NCBI GenBank assembly: GCA_964473175.1
Contig: CAYYNN010000001.1
Location: 100,603-164,602 of the forward strand
Length of the DNA stretch: 64,000 nucleotides
Source of the DNA: an uncultured Candidatus Saccharibacteria bacterium
GTDB taxonomy: Bacteria > Patescibacteriota > Minisyncoccia > Phycocordibacterales > UBA9973
Direction of reading: 5' to 3'
How positions within the stretch are numbered: position 1 is the first letter of the stretch; each line of letters starts with the position of its first letter. Under the pieces are notes generated by a model, which saw only the letters and a list, made by a program, of their open reading frames with translations, ran no database searches and was not told the DNA's origin. Positions 8,556 through 18,476 of this stretch are shown in pieces. A program made the position numbers and the translations under genes.

Positions 8556-10334
8556 TTATATGAGCTTTTGCTTTTTGGCGAGTTTTTCAAGCCGATCAAT
8601 ATCAGCTTCGATACCTTTTAATCCTGCTTCAAAGAATGCAGCATTTGTATTGATACCAATAGACTTAAAAATATCTTTTGGACTCATTGAGCGGCCAGCT
8701 CGTAAGAATTGTTCAATTTTCGGAGCGTAACTTGAATCTGCTTTCCATTTCTCAAACAACGCTCTACTGATAATCTGTCCATAGGCATATGAATACACAT
8801 AAAAGTATCGACGAATATGTGACCATGTAACATAGAAATATCCATCATCTTGAGTAACTTCCATTGATTTACCTGTATATGATTGAAGGTGTTTCTGTAA
8901 GAGTGTTGCCATATCGCCTTTATTAACCTGGCCTTCACTTCGAATCCTTTCGTGCAGTTCCTTTTCAAAATTAAAACACGCAATTTGTCTAAAAATAGTG
9001 CTAATATCTCCCATAGTTTTATTATGAAGAAGTACTATTTTTTCACTGTCAGAAAGTCCGGCCTCCAAATCTTCAATAGCAACTTGCTCGAAAAACGTAC
9101 TAGCTACTTCAGCTGTTGCCGTAGAATAGTGTCTATATCGTGGTGGCTGAAATTTACTTAATTCGGTGTGAATACCATGACCCATTTCGTGTGCGAGTGT
9201 TTCTACAGAACGCACATCGTCAGTATGGTTAAGTAATACAAAAGTAGGTAGAAGCGCAGTACCCCAACAATACGCACCGCTTTTCTTTCCTTTACGTGGA
9301 TATACATCCATTTGACCGTTTTCAATAAATGTATCTAGGTATGCAGCATATTTCTTATCAACTTTCGAAAACGCATTTTTTACCAAATCGACTGCATTTG
9401 GAAAATCAAATCTCTTTTTTATTTCTCCAATCTTTACTCCTCTGTCTGCCATAGTTATTTTCTTTTCACCGATCAATTTTGCGTGGAGTGTATAAAATCT
9501 CTGACTGAGAGGAAAATATTTTGTTACAACAGCTACAAGCTCTTGTATAGTCTTCTCATCGTTTTCATATCCTAATATAGTTTCACTATATGCTTTCTTG
9601 TACCCTCTGCGCTCATCCATTACTTTTTTAAAATTGTAGACTGCATTTATTTCTGCCTCAGCAAAAGATGCATTGCGTTTTAATGCTTCATTAATTTTAT
9701 TACTCAATGTATGCCGCGACTGCTTTGGTTGATCTGCAAGAATTGATGTAGCTTTTGCTAATGGAATGGTTTCATTATTATGTTCAATGGTTTCCTGCGA
9801 TAGAACTCGCTGTTGACCATCTACCCACATGTCATAACTAGTCTGAGAAAGTAAAGAGACTATCTGCTCTTCTTTTTCACTCAAATTATATTTTGCACGA
9901 TTAAATATTCTCTCAAGTGTGTATTGATATGGTTGCAAGAGTGGGCTCTGTATGAATTTTTGCTGATCCTGCTTTGCTATCTGGGCAACTTCCAGGAAAA
10001 AGAATTTTATCTTGTTCGTAGCTATATTTATTCTTTGATCCATCTTTGTTGCTAATGCTCCAGCTTTACTGTCATTACTATCCAGATCGGTGCGCAGTGC
10101 AAAATACCACCAACATTTATTGCCATTCATTACTTCTGATAGTTTTTCTCTTTCTGCGAGAGCTTGTTCAAGTTTCTTTGAAGTGCTTTTAAAATCCTTT
10201 CCTTTGTATTTTTTCTCAAAAGCCGAGCAAGCAGCCTCAATAGCCTTTATATCCTTCTCAATCTGAGGATCTCTATCATTTTTATAGAGAAGCCCGAGAT
10301 TCCATTCCGTCTTGTATTTCATATCCGCCATCAT
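8556..10334 (-). CDS. pepF: oligoendopeptidase F (M3 family metallopeptidase)
   Basis: 592 aa; HEMGHGIH zinc-binding HExxH motif within the expected M3B peptidase context. Confidence 0.8.
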   Translation of the reverse strand: MMADMKYKTEWNLGLLYKNDRDPQIEKDIKAIEAACSAFEKKYKGKDFKSTSKKLEQALAEREKLSEVMNGNKCWWYFALRTDLDSNDSKAGALATKMDQRINIATNKIKFFFLEVAQIAKQDQQKFIQSPLLQPYQYTLERIFNRAKYNLSEKEEQIVSLLSQTSYDMWVDGQQRVLSQETIEHNNETIPLAKATSILADQPKQSRHTLSNKINEALKRNASFAEAEINAVYNFKKVMDERRGYKKAYSETILGYENDEKTIQELVAVVTKYFPLSQRFYTLHAKLIGEKKITMADRGVKIGEIKKRFDFPNAVDLVKNAFSKVDKKYAAYLDTFIENGQMDVYPRKGKKSGAYCWGTALLPTFVLLNHTDDVRSVETLAHEMGHGIHTELSKFQPPRYRHYSTATAEVASTFFEQVAIEDLEAGLSDSEKIVLLHNKTMGDISTIFRQIACFNFEKELHERIRSEGQVNKGDMATLLQKHLQSYTGKSMEVTQDDGYFYVTWSHIRRYFYVYSYAYGQIISRALFEKWKADSSYAPKIEQFLRAGRSMSPKDIFKSIGINTNAAFFEAGLKGIEADIDRLEKLAKKQKLI

Positions 10335-10355
10335 ACCACAAACAAAAAACCGCTC

Positions 10356-10823
10356 TTAGAGCGGTGTATTTTCTTCATCCTTACCAAAACGGATTTTGCG
10401 AATTTGTGCTTCCAAAAACCACATAACAATGAACGTAAACAATGCGAGTACAGTGACCACAATCGCCAATTTGTAGAGACCAAACCCTGCAGCCATACCA
10501 ATACCAGCTGCGACCCACATACCGCTTGCTGTCGTTATGCCGCTTACCTTCTGATCGTTACGAAATATAGCGCCTACACCGAGAAATCCTGCTGCTGCAA
10601 CAACTTGTGCTGCCATACGAAGTGGATCAAACAACCCTGTCGTGTGTTGCTCTGCTACAAGCTGAGAAATGATAACAAACAGCGCTGAGCCCATAGAGAT
10701 GAGCGTATAGGTACGCATTCCCGCGGTTTTGTGGGCAAGAAAGCGCTCGATACCTAATGTCATACCAAGTAACATAGCGATGATAAGCGAGAGGACCATT
10801 GGATCGTTTATTATAGATTGCAT
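10356..10823 (-). CDS. MgtC/SapB family membrane protein
   Basis: 155 aa; four TM helices; …LGMTLGIERFLAHKTAGMRTYTLISMGSALF… matches the MgtC family. Confidence 0.7.
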   Translation of the reverse strand: MQSIINDPMVLSLIIAMLLGMTLGIERFLAHKTAGMRTYTLISMGSALFVIISQLVAEQHTTGLFDPLRMAAQVVAAAGFLGVGAIFRNDQKVSGITTASGMWVAAGIGMAAGFGLYKLAIVVTVLALFTFIVMWFLEAQIRKIRFGKDEENTPL

Positions 10824-10841
10824 AACAGTAGTATAGCGTTC

Positions 10842-11900
10842 TTAGTCCACACTATCAATTATTCCTCCCCCAATAACGATATCGTTATCATATACCACAA
10901 CGGATTGTCCTAAGGCGATAACACCTGTAAAGTCTAAAACGATTTCATTTTTATTTTTGATATGCGCGACAATATCTTCTCCGTGATATCGGATATGCGC
11001 GACATACGTTTTAGAAATATCATATTCGTTGATACCATTTGATTGCCGCAAAGTGAGTGTTGTTGTGCCGTTTGCAACGGAATCGTTCATAGCTTCTTTT
11101 GCTACAACAAGAATGTTGTGCTCTATATCTTTTTTAACAACATAATACGGTGTCTCATTTGTACCTTTTTCAGTTATATGAAATCCATGCCGCTCTCCTA
11201 ATGTGTAAAACCATACACCTTCATGGGTCCCTATTACCGATCCCTCTATGTTCACTACATCACCTTTTTTCTGTTCTATATAATGACTAAGAAATTCGCG
11301 CATATCGACATCGCCGAGGAAACAGATACCTTGACTATCTTTCTTTGTCGCAGTAAACAGACGTGCTCTCTCAGCGATACTTCGCACTTCTGATTTTAGT
11401 AAATGACCTATAGGAAATAGCACATGTGCAAGTTCTGCCTGCTGGAGCATCCAGAGAAAATACGATTGATCTTTTGCTATATCAATCCCTTTTTGTAATA
11501 CAGTGCCATCGGTGCGAGCATAATGTCCGGTTGCAATAGCGTCTGCCCCATGCGTGCGTGCATAGTCCCACATCACCCCAAACTTGATAACACGGTTGCA
11601 CAAGACATCAGGGTTGGGTGTACGTCCTGCGCGGTATTCAGCGATCATGTATTCTGCAACGCCTTTTTTGTAATCGTCTTCGGCATCCAAGAAGTGGAAC
11701 GGGATATCAAGTGCCGCACAGACGCGCATAGCATCACGTTTCTCATCTAGCCATGTGCACGGAAGCCATTCTGGTGACCATGTTTTCACAAATACTCCAT
11801 GCACATCATGACCTTGTTGTTTGAGCAGGTATGCGACAACAGACGAGTCTACCCCACCAGATACGCCAACGAATATTTTTTTAGTCGTAGAAGTTTTCAC
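10842..11900 (-). CDS. mnmA: tRNA-specific 2-thiouridylase
   Basis: 352 aa; the PP-loop VGVSGGVDSSVVAYLL and conserved Cys residues match MnmA/TrmU. Confidence 0.9.
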   Translation of the reverse strand: MKTSTTKKIFVGVSGGVDSSVVAYLLKQQGHDVHGVFVKTWSPEWLPCTWLDEKRDAMRVCAALDIPFHFLDAEDDYKKGVAEYMIAEYRAGRTPNPDVLCNRVIKFGVMWDYARTHGADAIATGHYARTDGTVLQKGIDIAKDQSYFLWMLQQAELAHVLFPIGHLLKSEVRSIAERARLFTATKKDSQGICFLGDVDMREFLSHYIEQKKGDVVNIEGSVIGTHEGVWFYTLGERHGFHITEKGTNETPYYVVKKDIEHNILVVAKEAMNDSVANGTTTLTLRQSNGINEYDISKTYVAHIRYHGEDIVAHIKNKNEIVLDFTGVIALGQSVVVYDNDIVIGGGIIDSVD

Positions 11901-11924
11901 AAAATGATACTAACACGAAAACCG

Positions 11925-12467
11925 TTATTTTAAATTGAGTAACTTCTTGAACACTTCGTACGTTGCATAGGCATCGGCAAAGGCACTATGCGCCTTTTTG
12001 TTTTCAATACCATATTTTTCACACAACGCGCGCAGTGAGAGTTTGCCAATATCATCGTTGTTGTGGAGTACCCCAAATGCGAGTGAGATAGTATCAAGTT
12101 TGTGATAGTGCATGTTATTTTCAACGCTGTACCGTTTAAGGTTTGTATCAATAAATCCATAATCAAACGTTACATTATGCGCAACAAATACAGCTCCCTT
12201 AGTTTTTTCACTAAAAATCTTTAATGCTTCTTCAATAGAAACCGCAAAGATCCAATCAGCGGGATCGTACCCGTTTACCCGTAGAGCCACAGGGTCTGCA
12301 GTTTCAATATGCTTTGGAGCTATTTTGAGATCCAGCTCATCAGTGACCGTAAGTACTCCATCTTTAAGTTTGGCAACGACAATACCGAGTTCGATAATTT
12401 CGCCGATCTCAGGATCAAGACCAGTTGTTTCAATATCTACAAATGCGAGTGGTTGCTGCAGGATCAT
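11925..12467 (-). CDS. DEDDh 3'-5' exonuclease (DnaQ/PolIII epsilon-like)
   Basis: 180 aa; the Exo I (FVDIETTGLDPE), Exo II (HNVTFDYGFI) and Exo III (HSAFADAYATYEVF) motifs are all present. Confidence 0.75.
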   Translation of the reverse strand: MILQQPLAFVDIETTGLDPEIGEIIELGIVVAKLKDGVLTVTDELDLKIAPKHIETADPVALRVNGYDPADWIFAVSIEEALKIFSEKTKGAVFVAHNVTFDYGFIDTNLKRYSVENNMHYHKLDTISLAFGVLHNNDDIGKLSLRALCEKYGIENKKAHSAFADAYATYEVFKKLLNLK

Positions 12468-12469
12468 AA

Positions 12470-13432
12470 TTATTTTAAATATGCTTTGATATTTTTCTTG
12501 TGTTCTGCATACGTAGTCGCGTAGTGTATCACACCACTAGTGTCGTGCAGATAAAAAAGGTATGGCGATTGCTCAGGATATATCGCAGCAATAATCGAAG
12601 CAATACCGGGGTTTGCAATAGGGCCTGGAGGTAACCCTTTGTTTCGATAGGTATTATATGGAGAAACAGTAGCAAGATCTTTTTGCGTCAGATCCTTACT
12701 CTCCTTGCCAAGGATATATAGAAATGGTGCATCAACCTGTAGTGGTAAGTCTGAATCTATTCGCTTCCATAAAATACCGGAGATGATAGCTCGATCATCG
12801 TTACCGTTGGCTTCTTTTTCAATAATCGATGCCATGGTAATAATAGATGCCTTAGTCCTCCCACTTTTTGCAATATCGTTTTCAAGTGGCTTAATTTTGT
12901 TCGTGAAATTTCTTTTGAGTGTCGCCAATATAAAATCAGGTGTTGCTGAAGGGAAAAATCCGTACGTATCGGGAAATAAATAACCCTCAGAATCTTTGGC
13001 AAGCGTCATAAACACCGTACTATCAAAATTATCGAGCGTCAGGTGTAGTCGTTCTGACATTTGTTTTACCGTAAACCCTTCGGGGAAGGTGACTTTTTTC
13101 TTGTCGATACCAAATTGTTTCCCAGAAATACGAAATGCGATTTCAATAATTGTCACCGGATGGTCAAAGTAATACTCGCCTTCACTCACATTCTTTTCAC
13201 TCCCAAGCGCAATCATAAGCATTTCAAAGATTCGGGGTGATCGAATCAAATGCGCCCATTGCAACTCATGGGAAATAGAGAACAGTGTTTGCCCACTTTT
13301 AATAGTGAACTGATATGGTACAGGAAAATCTAGTGGCGGAGCAATAGTCTTGCGAACAACGGAAACACATACGCCCACCAATAAAACAAATAGTACCGCT
13401 CGAAAAATGTTCTTTCCAATTGTAGTCATCAT
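12470..13432 (-). CDS. mltG: endolytic murein transglycosylase MltG (YceG-like)
   Basis: 320 aa; N-terminal TM helix and the signature …SPYNTYRNKGLPPGPIANPG… The start overlaps the stop of the upstream ORF by 1 nt (TAATG). Confidence 0.8.
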   Translation of the reverse strand: MMTTIGKNIFRAVLFVLLVGVCVSVVRKTIAPPLDFPVPYQFTIKSGQTLFSISHELQWAHLIRSPRIFEMLMIALGSEKNVSEGEYYFDHPVTIIEIAFRISGKQFGIDKKKVTFPEGFTVKQMSERLHLTLDNFDSTVFMTLAKDSEGYLFPDTYGFFPSATPDFILATLKRNFTNKIKPLENDIAKSGRTKASIITMASIIEKEANGNDDRAIISGILWKRIDSDLPLQVDAPFLYILGKESKDLTQKDLATVSPYNTYRNKGLPPGPIANPGIASIIAAIYPEQSPYLFYLHDTSGVIHYATTYAEHKKNIKAYLK

Positions 13433-14703
13433 TATATAGGTAAGTTAGCTGGTGGTTCCCCTTTTTTAGATTCGATACGAGTGAAGTTTGGTGTTTCAGC
13501 AACTCGACCTGGTAAATGAAACATTGTCGCAATTTCTTCAGTGGAAAGAATAAACGGGGTTCCTCCGCTTTTTTCTGGATGCGTAAAATATTTTGACGGT
13601 TTATCAAACTCGAATGATCCGTAGAAAAATCCTCGATGTTTATAATCTTGTAAAATATCTGATTTCTTCTTTATTATTTTATTCCCACCGAGATCTTGCC
13701 AGGGGAAATCAAACGATGTCGCACCTGATGGTTTTAGACCATTGTAGTCTGAGGCACCATATTGCCGAACCATCCCCGTAACACCTGCAATACGATTTGC
13801 GTCAAAGTTTTCACTTCGAGTGATATAGATTGCGCGAATAGCGGCATCAAATCCTATTTTGTTTGCATTTCGTTCAATAGCTTCGACAACTTGCTGTTCA
13901 CCTTTTGTTGCTCGTCTCGTTTCTACTATTTTGCCTTCTCCATCTTTAATTTTTAAATTTTCATTAAAATCTTTGATAACCTGTTTAACTCTGTCTGTCC
14001 ATGCTTTTCCGGGCTCTTCAACACCGTCTTTATTTTTCACCACAAAACGATTGGTTGCAGCACGGAGTATTATCTGAAACCACACATTTTCTCCAATACC
14101 GACAGAGCCCATAAACTCAAGCATGGGAGTAATAGGATCAATACGCTGCTCTTCATCCAAAGAACCTACTGCCCTATCAAGACCGTATTCTATATATGTT
14201 TTGATCGGATAGATTTCTTCTTTTTGTGTTAAGACAAAATCACAGCCCCAGAGTGCGATGGGTGCGTTTTTAGTAAAATCAGGCATTTCTGCGGCATAAT
14301 CTTTTGCTTCAAATACTTCTGCTTGAGGATATTGTGCGTACACCTGACTTTCTATTATTTTCCGGAATTTTTCAGCTGTTCTAATATAAAAATGAATTTT
14401 CCCTTCTAAAGAAGCTATTTCGACTGAGAAATAGTTGCGCAAATTGCCTTTCCAGTATTTATCAAACCAGGTTCCTGTTCCACCTGTTTGATATAAAGAG
14501 TTCAATACAAGCTCCATCGCTGCCGGAGACTTGAATACGTCCTTTGGTGGCTTGATTTCCAATAGCACCCATTTGATTGAGCGCAAGAAAGTCGTTTGCA
14601 CATACGATAACCACAGGTTCCATGCCATCACGGCAACGATAACTAAAACGATAAAGACGCCTGCATGGCGTAAAAGTAGTGTAACTGCAGTGGAAGAATC
14701 CAT
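13432..14703 (-). CDS. hypothetical membrane-anchored protein
   Basis: 423 aa; N-terminal TM helix (VFIVLVIVAVMAWNLWL) and a large soluble domain with no recognisable family motif. Translationally coupled to mltG. Confidence 0.5.
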   Translation of the reverse strand: MDSSTAVTLLLRHAGVFIVLVIVAVMAWNLWLSYVQTTFLRSIKWVLLEIKPPKDVFKSPAAMELVLNSLYQTGGTGTWFDKYWKGNLRNYFSVEIASLEGKIHFYIRTAEKFRKIIESQVYAQYPQAEVFEAKDYAAEMPDFTKNAPIALWGCDFVLTQKEEIYPIKTYIEYGLDRAVGSLDEEQRIDPITPMLEFMGSVGIGENVWFQIILRAATNRFVVKNKDGVEEPGKAWTDRVKQVIKDFNENLKIKDGEGKIVETRRATKGEQQVVEAIERNANKIGFDAAIRAIYITRSENFDANRIAGVTGMVRQYGASDYNGLKPSGATSFDFPWQDLGGNKIIKKKSDILQDYKHRGFFYGSFEFDKPSKYFTHPEKSGGTPFILSTEEIATMFHLPGRVAETPNFTRIESKKGEPPANLPI

Positions 14704-14739
14704 TGCGTAAGTATAGCACCCATCAATATTTTTTTAGTA

Positions 14740-15249
14740 TTAATATGCTGAAAATGTCAGCGGGATGCGTGCAGTAGTCGTTTGACCATTTTGCGGTACT
14801 GTTGCAGGTATTAGTATCAAATACCCAGTACCCTTTTTAGGAGCATTGATGAGCGGAACAGATGCAGAAAATGACAAGAGTAGGTTTTGTATATTCCCCG
14901 CAGGTATGGCTGTATATTCTGAAACAGGTTTACCTCCACTATCGACGACTTGTGCATAAAGCGCGATGGATTCTGTAGGTATCCAGTTACACCCACTTAC
15001 TGTTCCTGAAATAGTAACAAATGTAGAAACTTTTTCTAATGATCTTGGTCGCGACGTTGTGAGACCACATGCTTCGCGTGGTGTTGCTGTAGATATGGAA
15101 CTTGTATTTTTTACTGTTCCTGTAGTTGGTGTTGCAGGAGAGCGAGTTCCTCCATCAAGCTTCATCAGTACACCACCAATAAGAACTACGATAAGTAGTA
15201 TCTCAAAGGGTTCCCATTTACTTCCCCCGCTAGCTGGTGCATCTGCCAT
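14740..15249 (-). CDS. hypothetical membrane-anchored/secreted protein
   Basis: 169 aa; N-terminal TM or signal-anchor (FEILLIVVLIGGVLM) followed by a Thr/Ser/Pro-rich region. No family assignable. Confidence 0.4.
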   Translation of the reverse strand: MADAPASGGSKWEPFEILLIVVLIGGVLMKLDGGTRSPATPTTGTVKNTSSISTATPREACGLTTSRPRSLEKVSTFVTISGTVSGCNWIPTESIALYAQVVDSGGKPVSEYTAIPAGNIQNLLLSFSASVPLINAPKKGTGYLILIPATVPQNGQTTTARIPLTFSAY

Positions 15250-15268
15250 ATGCGCAATAGTATACCAA

Positions 15269-16300
15269 TTATTTGGCTACGGTGTATCGATTGTCAGGAA
15301 GTTTTTTGAAGTATTTGGCATTCTGTAAATTAACCAAAATTGTATTCTTTTTCAAAAATCGTTCTTTCAGTACGCGGTCAATGACATCTTCTTTACTTAG
15401 TGGACCTTCTTTTACGAGAATTTCTTTGATGACATCCCGAACGATACCCGGTTTGTATCCCCATTCTGCAAGAGCATAGTATCCGCGTCCGACGAGTACA
15501 AATCGAGAGTCTTTGATAAGCTCATTGTGTGTTGTTGCAACATGTGTCTTCTTACCAAAAGTATCAGCAATAGCTTTTGCAACTTCACGGAAATGCATTG
15601 GGGAACCGTGTTTTCGCATCATAAGGAATGCATAATCTTTGATACCCCGTGTCTTAATGTTTTGTGATGATGAAGGCCCCCATTCTCCGAGAGGGTTTTG
15701 TGCGATCTTTTTTGAAATGTTGAGCCATCGTCGCGCAACTTCTTCGCTTTTATATTGATCTGCAACATCCTTTACTTCTTTGAGGAAACGAGAAACGAGA
15801 TCTTCTTCTGAAAGAAGTTCTTTATCATCAAGAGTCCGGTATACACTATGAAGCGCTTCATGCACTACCTCTGAAAGACTTTCATCAACAGTCCATCGAG
15901 CATTGAAGTGTTCATCGTCTTTCATCATTTTAAACTCATCTCCAAGTACTAAGTAGAAGCGTACATGGTTTTGTATTGATTTGTCCTTAGATACAAATGA
16001 AAGAAAATCATCTTCATGTACCATCGCACCCGCTGTTTCAATAAGTGCCTTTAATTCAGAAAAAGTTTTATGTTCCGCTTTAAATGTTTCGCTCTTTCTA
16101 ATAGCAGCTAATGCAGCATTTTCAATCTGACGAACTCGTTCACGGGTGATACTATATTTCTTCCCAATGGCTTCAAGTGTCTTTGAATCAGCACTATCGG
16201 TGAGGCCGTAACGGTTGACGATGATGTCATATGCACGGTCTTGGAGGTTAGACAAAAGACGTTTTGTGACTTGTTTTGGTTTGAAGCTGATAACTGCCAT
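15269..16300 (-). CDS. DNA-binding protein: sigma-70 region-4-like HTH at the N-terminus, HARE-HTH-like winged helix at the C-terminus
   Basis: 343 aa. The N-terminus (…TLEAIGKKYSITRERVRQIENAALAAIRK) resembles sigma-70 region 4.2. The C-terminus (…HVATTHNELIKDSRFVLVGRGYYALAEWGY) has the HARE-HTH signature GRFxxLG…WGLxxW that is found in the RNAP delta subunit. Confidence 0.5.
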   Translation of the reverse strand: MAVISFKPKQVTKRLLSNLQDRAYDIIVNRYGLTDSADSKTLEAIGKKYSITRERVRQIENAALAAIRKSETFKAEHKTFSELKALIETAGAMVHEDDFLSFVSKDKSIQNHVRFYLVLGDEFKMMKDDEHFNARWTVDESLSEVVHEALHSVYRTLDDKELLSEEDLVSRFLKEVKDVADQYKSEEVARRWLNISKKIAQNPLGEWGPSSSQNIKTRGIKDYAFLMMRKHGSPMHFREVAKAIADTFGKKTHVATTHNELIKDSRFVLVGRGYYALAEWGYKPGIVRDVIKEILVKEGPLSKEDVIDRVLKERFLKKNTILVNLQNAKYFKKLPDNRYTVAK

Positions 16301-16413
16301 AAGATATTGGAAAATAAATATAAATTACTATAGATACACTTTATCATGGATATAAAAAAAGTCAAACTCTCGACAGGTGTCAAACAAGCCTTATCGAATA
16401 AGGGTTTTCTGTT

Positions 16414-17466
16414 TTAGAGCACTTTACGGATATCCCCAATTGTCAAAAACACCATAAGTCCGATTAAAAGCAAGAAGCCTACTCCGTGAATAATTCCAAC
16501 GACTGTTGATGAAAATTTGCGTCGAGTGATTGCTTCTCCCCACACAACAACGAGCCTTCCTCCGTCCAATGCGGGGAATGGTAGTACATTGAGCACTGCT
16601 AAGTTGAGCGAGATAGTAGCAACAAAAGCAAGTAGGTATGTTAGGCCAAATGTAGCAGCGTTCCCGACTTCTTTTGCAAGTCCAACAGGACCTACCAACC
16701 CTTCAGTCGTACCGTTCCCGGTGAACAACCCTCCAACTAATGTACCTATAGCAAGAAAAATGTTTTTGGTTAAAACAATCGTTTGATGCCACGCTAATGC
16801 GATAGATTGAAAAAATGGCTGTTTAATAACCCCAATAGATTCAATAGCGATGCCTACCATGCGATTTCCATCAGATTCGGTAGGAGTTATTGTTGCAGTT
16901 TCAGCCCCACCTTTGTGTACATAGGCAATCATTACATCTTTTGTCCCCAACTGTATTGCCGTGTGGATTTTTTCAGTATCAATAGTGCTCACCAACTCGC
17001 CGTCTACGGTAATAGCTGTAACAATATCTCCCACAGCAATGCCTGCTTTTTCAGTGGGACTTCCTTGCACGACCGATATAACTGTTGGTGTTCCTGTTTC
17101 TGTTATTCCTGGCAACCCAATGATATAGGCTATAGAAAAGAGTACTAGCGCCAAAACGAAGTTCATAATAACCCCAGCGAGTAATACGATACTTTTGATA
17201 TACCACGGCTTTGATTCAAATTGTCTTTCTCTTGGAATGCCCTGGTCTTCACCGTTCTCCCCCGCTATTTTCACAAACCCTCCAATAGGTAGCGCGTTGA
17301 CGGAGTATACAGTCTCTCCTTTTTTAAATGAAGCAAGACGTGGTGGAATACCAAAACCAAATTCTTCGACTAACATGCCACTTTTTTTTGCAGCAATAAA
17401 ATGTCCAAATTCATGAACGATAACACAGACAAGCAATACTCCGATGAATAAAATAACAGTCATCAT
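16414..17466 (-). CDS. rseP: RIP site-2 metalloprotease RseP
   Basis: 350 aa; an HEFGHF zinc motif in TM1, a PDZ domain in the middle, and C-terminal TM helices. Confidence 0.85.
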   Translation of the reverse strand: MMTVILFIGVLLVCVIVHEFGHFIAAKKSGMLVEEFGFGIPPRLASFKKGETVYSVNALPIGGFVKIAGENGEDQGIPRERQFESKPWYIKSIVLLAGVIMNFVLALVLFSIAYIIGLPGITETGTPTVISVVQGSPTEKAGIAVGDIVTAITVDGELVSTIDTEKIHTAIQLGTKDVMIAYVHKGGAETATITPTESDGNRMVGIAIESIGVIKQPFFQSIALAWHQTIVLTKNIFLAIGTLVGGLFTGNGTTEGLVGPVGLAKEVGNAATFGLTYLLAFVATISLNLAVLNVLPFPALDGGRLVVVWGEAITRRKFSSTVVGIIHGVGFLLLIGLMVFLTIGDIRKVL

Positions 17467-17467
17467 G

Positions 17468-18004
17468 CTAACTCAAAATGTCTCCTTCCTTCCTTGCCAA
17501 AAGTGCTTCAAGTGTTGTATTGGCACCATCAACAAGTTTCTGAAGATCATCTTTTGCACCACGAAAAGTGTCTTCTGGGAGATCTTGTTCTTTGAGAGTA
17601 TTGAGCATAAGTTCACGCGCCTTGCGCACAGTAATACGAGCGTCTTCAAGTCTCTCTTTTGCAATCTTGACGAGCTGATTGCGAGTCTCGGTAGTCAATG
17701 CAGGAATAATAACTCGTGCACCCATATCATCTGCTGCGATAGAAAATCCGAGGTTGGCGCCATGGAGAGCACGCTCGATATCTTTGATTTGTGATTTATC
17801 CCACGGAGAAACACGCAATGTTTTTGCGTCTTCGATAGATATACTGGCGATGTTTTTTAGTGGCTGAAATGCACCATAGCTTTCTACCTGAACACCATCA
17901 AGAAGTGCCGGTGACGCGCGGCCTGTGTGGATCTGTGAGTATTCTTTTGTGAGCCATTCTTCTGCTTGTTTTGCTTCTGCCTTAAAGGGTTCTAACGTAT
18001 GCAT
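17468..18004 (-). CDS. frr: ribosome recycling factor
   Basis: 178 aa; conserved across the whole length (…LDGVQVESYGAFQPLKNIASISIEDAKTLRVSPWDKS…). Confidence 0.9.
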   Translation of the reverse strand: MHTLEPFKAEAKQAEEWLTKEYSQIHTGRASPALLDGVQVESYGAFQPLKNIASISIEDAKTLRVSPWDKSQIKDIERALHGANLGFSIAADDMGARVIIPALTTETRNQLVKIAKERLEDARITVRKARELMLNTLKEQDLPEDTFRGAKDDLQKLVDGANTTLEALLARKEGDILS

Positions 18005-18042
18005 ACGTGCGATTATATCACATCCTACACGCGCAAAAAAAC

Positions 18043-18420
18043 CTATTCGTTATGAATAGGTTTTTTAGTAATTATAATTTTCTCAATATTTTTATCTTGA
18101 TCTGATGACAAGATTTCGGAATATGAGCCCGGCTGCATTTTATACTGGGAAAGGAGTACAACGCGTATTGTTGTCATAATATCATCTATGTTTGGGATAT
18201 ATACAATGCGTGTATTTTTATCCGAAATACTAAATGATTCTAAGGCTCGAATACTCATTGTTGCATTACTAATGTTTTCAACTTGTATTGCTATAAAAAC
18301 TTTCTTTCCTGCTATCATCTGAGGATATATATAGGAATGTTTGTTTTTATCATTAACCTGAGCACTACTTGTGGTAGTAAAAGCGATCGCAATCACTAAC
18401 GAAAGGACTATTTTTTTCAT
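18043..18420 (-). CDS. hypothetical secreted protein
   Basis: 125 aa; N-terminal signal peptide MKKIVLSLVIAIAFTTTSSAQ. No family assignable. Confidence 0.4.
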   Translation of the reverse strand: MKKIVLSLVIAIAFTTTSSAQVNDKNKHSYIYPQMIAGKKVFIAIQVENISNATMSIRALESFSISDKNTRIVYIPNIDDIMTTIRVVLLSQYKMQPGSYSEILSSDQDKNIEKIIITKKPIHNE

Positions 18421-18476
18421 ACTGTTTTTTTTGATACTGTACTCTTTTTTAGAAAAAAGTCAAATACCCCACTGGA

